Assembly (NCBI GenBank): GCA_001949185.1
Contig: BDGG01000004.1
Span: 3,443,777-3,507,776, forward strand
From: Ramazzottius varieornatus
Taxonomy: Eukaryota > Animalia > Tardigrada
DNA: 64,000 nucleotides
Reading direction: 5' to 3'
Position 1 is the stretch's first letter. The number at the start of each line of letters is the position of its first letter. Both the position numbers and the translations under genes were made by a program. Of the stretch, positions 62,876 to 64,000 are shown one piece after another. The notes below the pieces were generated by a model. The model searched no databases and had not been told where the DNA came from. It saw nothing but the letters and a program-made list of their open reading frames with translations.

Positions 62876-63635
62876 TGGCGTCTCTGTCTCTCAGGTTGCG
62901 GTAAGTCGAGGAAGAACTCTGTGGCAGAAGAGCAGTTGAGATCTGCAGCAGACTGCAAAGAAAACCAAAACAGATCGCAGGTGCTGACTGCTGAGTATCG
63001 CTGGTTCAGCCTGGCCCTGCCGAAGCGACGTTCCGGAACGAAAGCAAAGCGGTAGAACGCAATGCATTTAGGTTAAGCGAGGCGGCTGTCTCACTACCGT
63101 ATTCGCCCAACGTTGTAGTCACGTCAGGACTGAGGCCCCTCAAGCGCGTTCCAGCTGATGCTGCAAAACATGGGCTAAAAATGCTATCGCGATCTGCATA
63201 TCAAATTTCCTATAGTTCTATTCTGATCAGTGTGGTGAGGAACATCTAAATTTGCTCGTACGCCCAATCGCTCCTGTGGATGTGTTTATTGTAACCCTAA
63301 CATCTGAGTGGGACAGCTATTACATCAGTGCGAAGGAGACTGGTAAGCGTAACGATTTAGAGTGGGGATATTTCCGAACGTCAGTCTACTAGACACACTG
63401 TAAAGAAGTTACTCGTCTCGAGTTCCCTCGCGTTTTCGATGGATGTGTGGGCCATCCGGAGCCTGGTATCGGGATGGTTGCAACTGCAGATCCAATGCCG
63501 TTGAGCCATAGTAACGATTGGCCACATAACGCTACTGTAACTGAATCTGGATTCAATTTTTGTGGTTTAGGTTTGATCCCCAGTGAATCCCCTGAAGAAA
63601 GCAGCGCTGCTGTGGATCCCCTCCCACCTTCCACC

Positions 63636-63875
63636 ATGGTTGTCAACGGGGAAACCACACCGCGAGACGGTGCGCCTATCCAGATCGTGATAACGAATGA
63701 GGACCATACCTTCTCCCTGGACGAAGAAGCCCTGAGTTCCGTACTACTACGCAGCGACGTCGTACATAAGAAAGTGGTGATTGTATCTGTGGCTGGTGCT
63801 TTCCGCAAAGGCAAATCGTTCCTGTTAGACTTTATGCTTCGTTACCTTCGAGCAACCGATCATCTCTCACAAGCG
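63636..63875 (+). CDS. ATL: Atlastin GTPase, first GTPase-domain exon (gene continues beyond window)
   Basis: PIQIV...[16 protein letters not shown]...[25 protein letters not shown] (atlastin P-loop); ccaccATGg start context; donor at 63876. The coding start could lie further upstream. Confidence 0.93.
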
Positions 63876-64000
63876 GTAGGAGGAAACTATATTTGGATTC
63901 GGTGTCATAATGCTGCTAATGTAGGGTGCGACCTACAAAGGGTATCATGTTATCAACGCGACACGTTCTGTGTTTCATAGATATGTGGCTTTTACTTTTA

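Noticed and set aside
60302-63055. Plus-strand ORFs opposite the ADAR-like gene (for example 62219-63055, 278 aa) and similar ORFs opposite LAR and other genes
   Set aside because: Antisense shadows of real coding exons, with no independent protein signal

Overview
Eukaryotic (animal) DNA from a compact genome with short GT-AG introns (mostly 50-120 nt). The gene set and style suggest an ecdysozoan; a clade I nematode such as Trichuris is my tentative guess, not established. From left to right: the middle exons of a SMARCAL1 helicase (- strand) whose 5' half cannot be found; about 19 kb of gene-poor DNA with a TA-flanked MITE, probable retroelement relics and CTCF-like motifs; a LAR-type receptor tyrosine phosphatase (3 Ig, 9 FN3, TM, D1/D2; signal-peptide exon not located); a Polycomb-type SAM-domain gene; a CLIC/EXC-4 family gene; an SRCR-like/CUB single-pass receptor; RWDD2; an ARAP/RhoGAP15B-like RhoGAP; a Pointed/ETS1-like transcription factor; a catalytically dead ADAR-like protein; and the start of atlastin. 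The most interesting unexplained signals are two tandem in-frame 18-nt microexon candidates in LAR, an in-frame GC-AG intron candidate in LAR, a four-copy inverted-repeat element with a fixed 25-nt spacer around the ETS gene, and the ADAR-like protein that has lost all three zinc ligands. All gene models were assembled by hand from splice signals and recalled family motifs; no database search was run.
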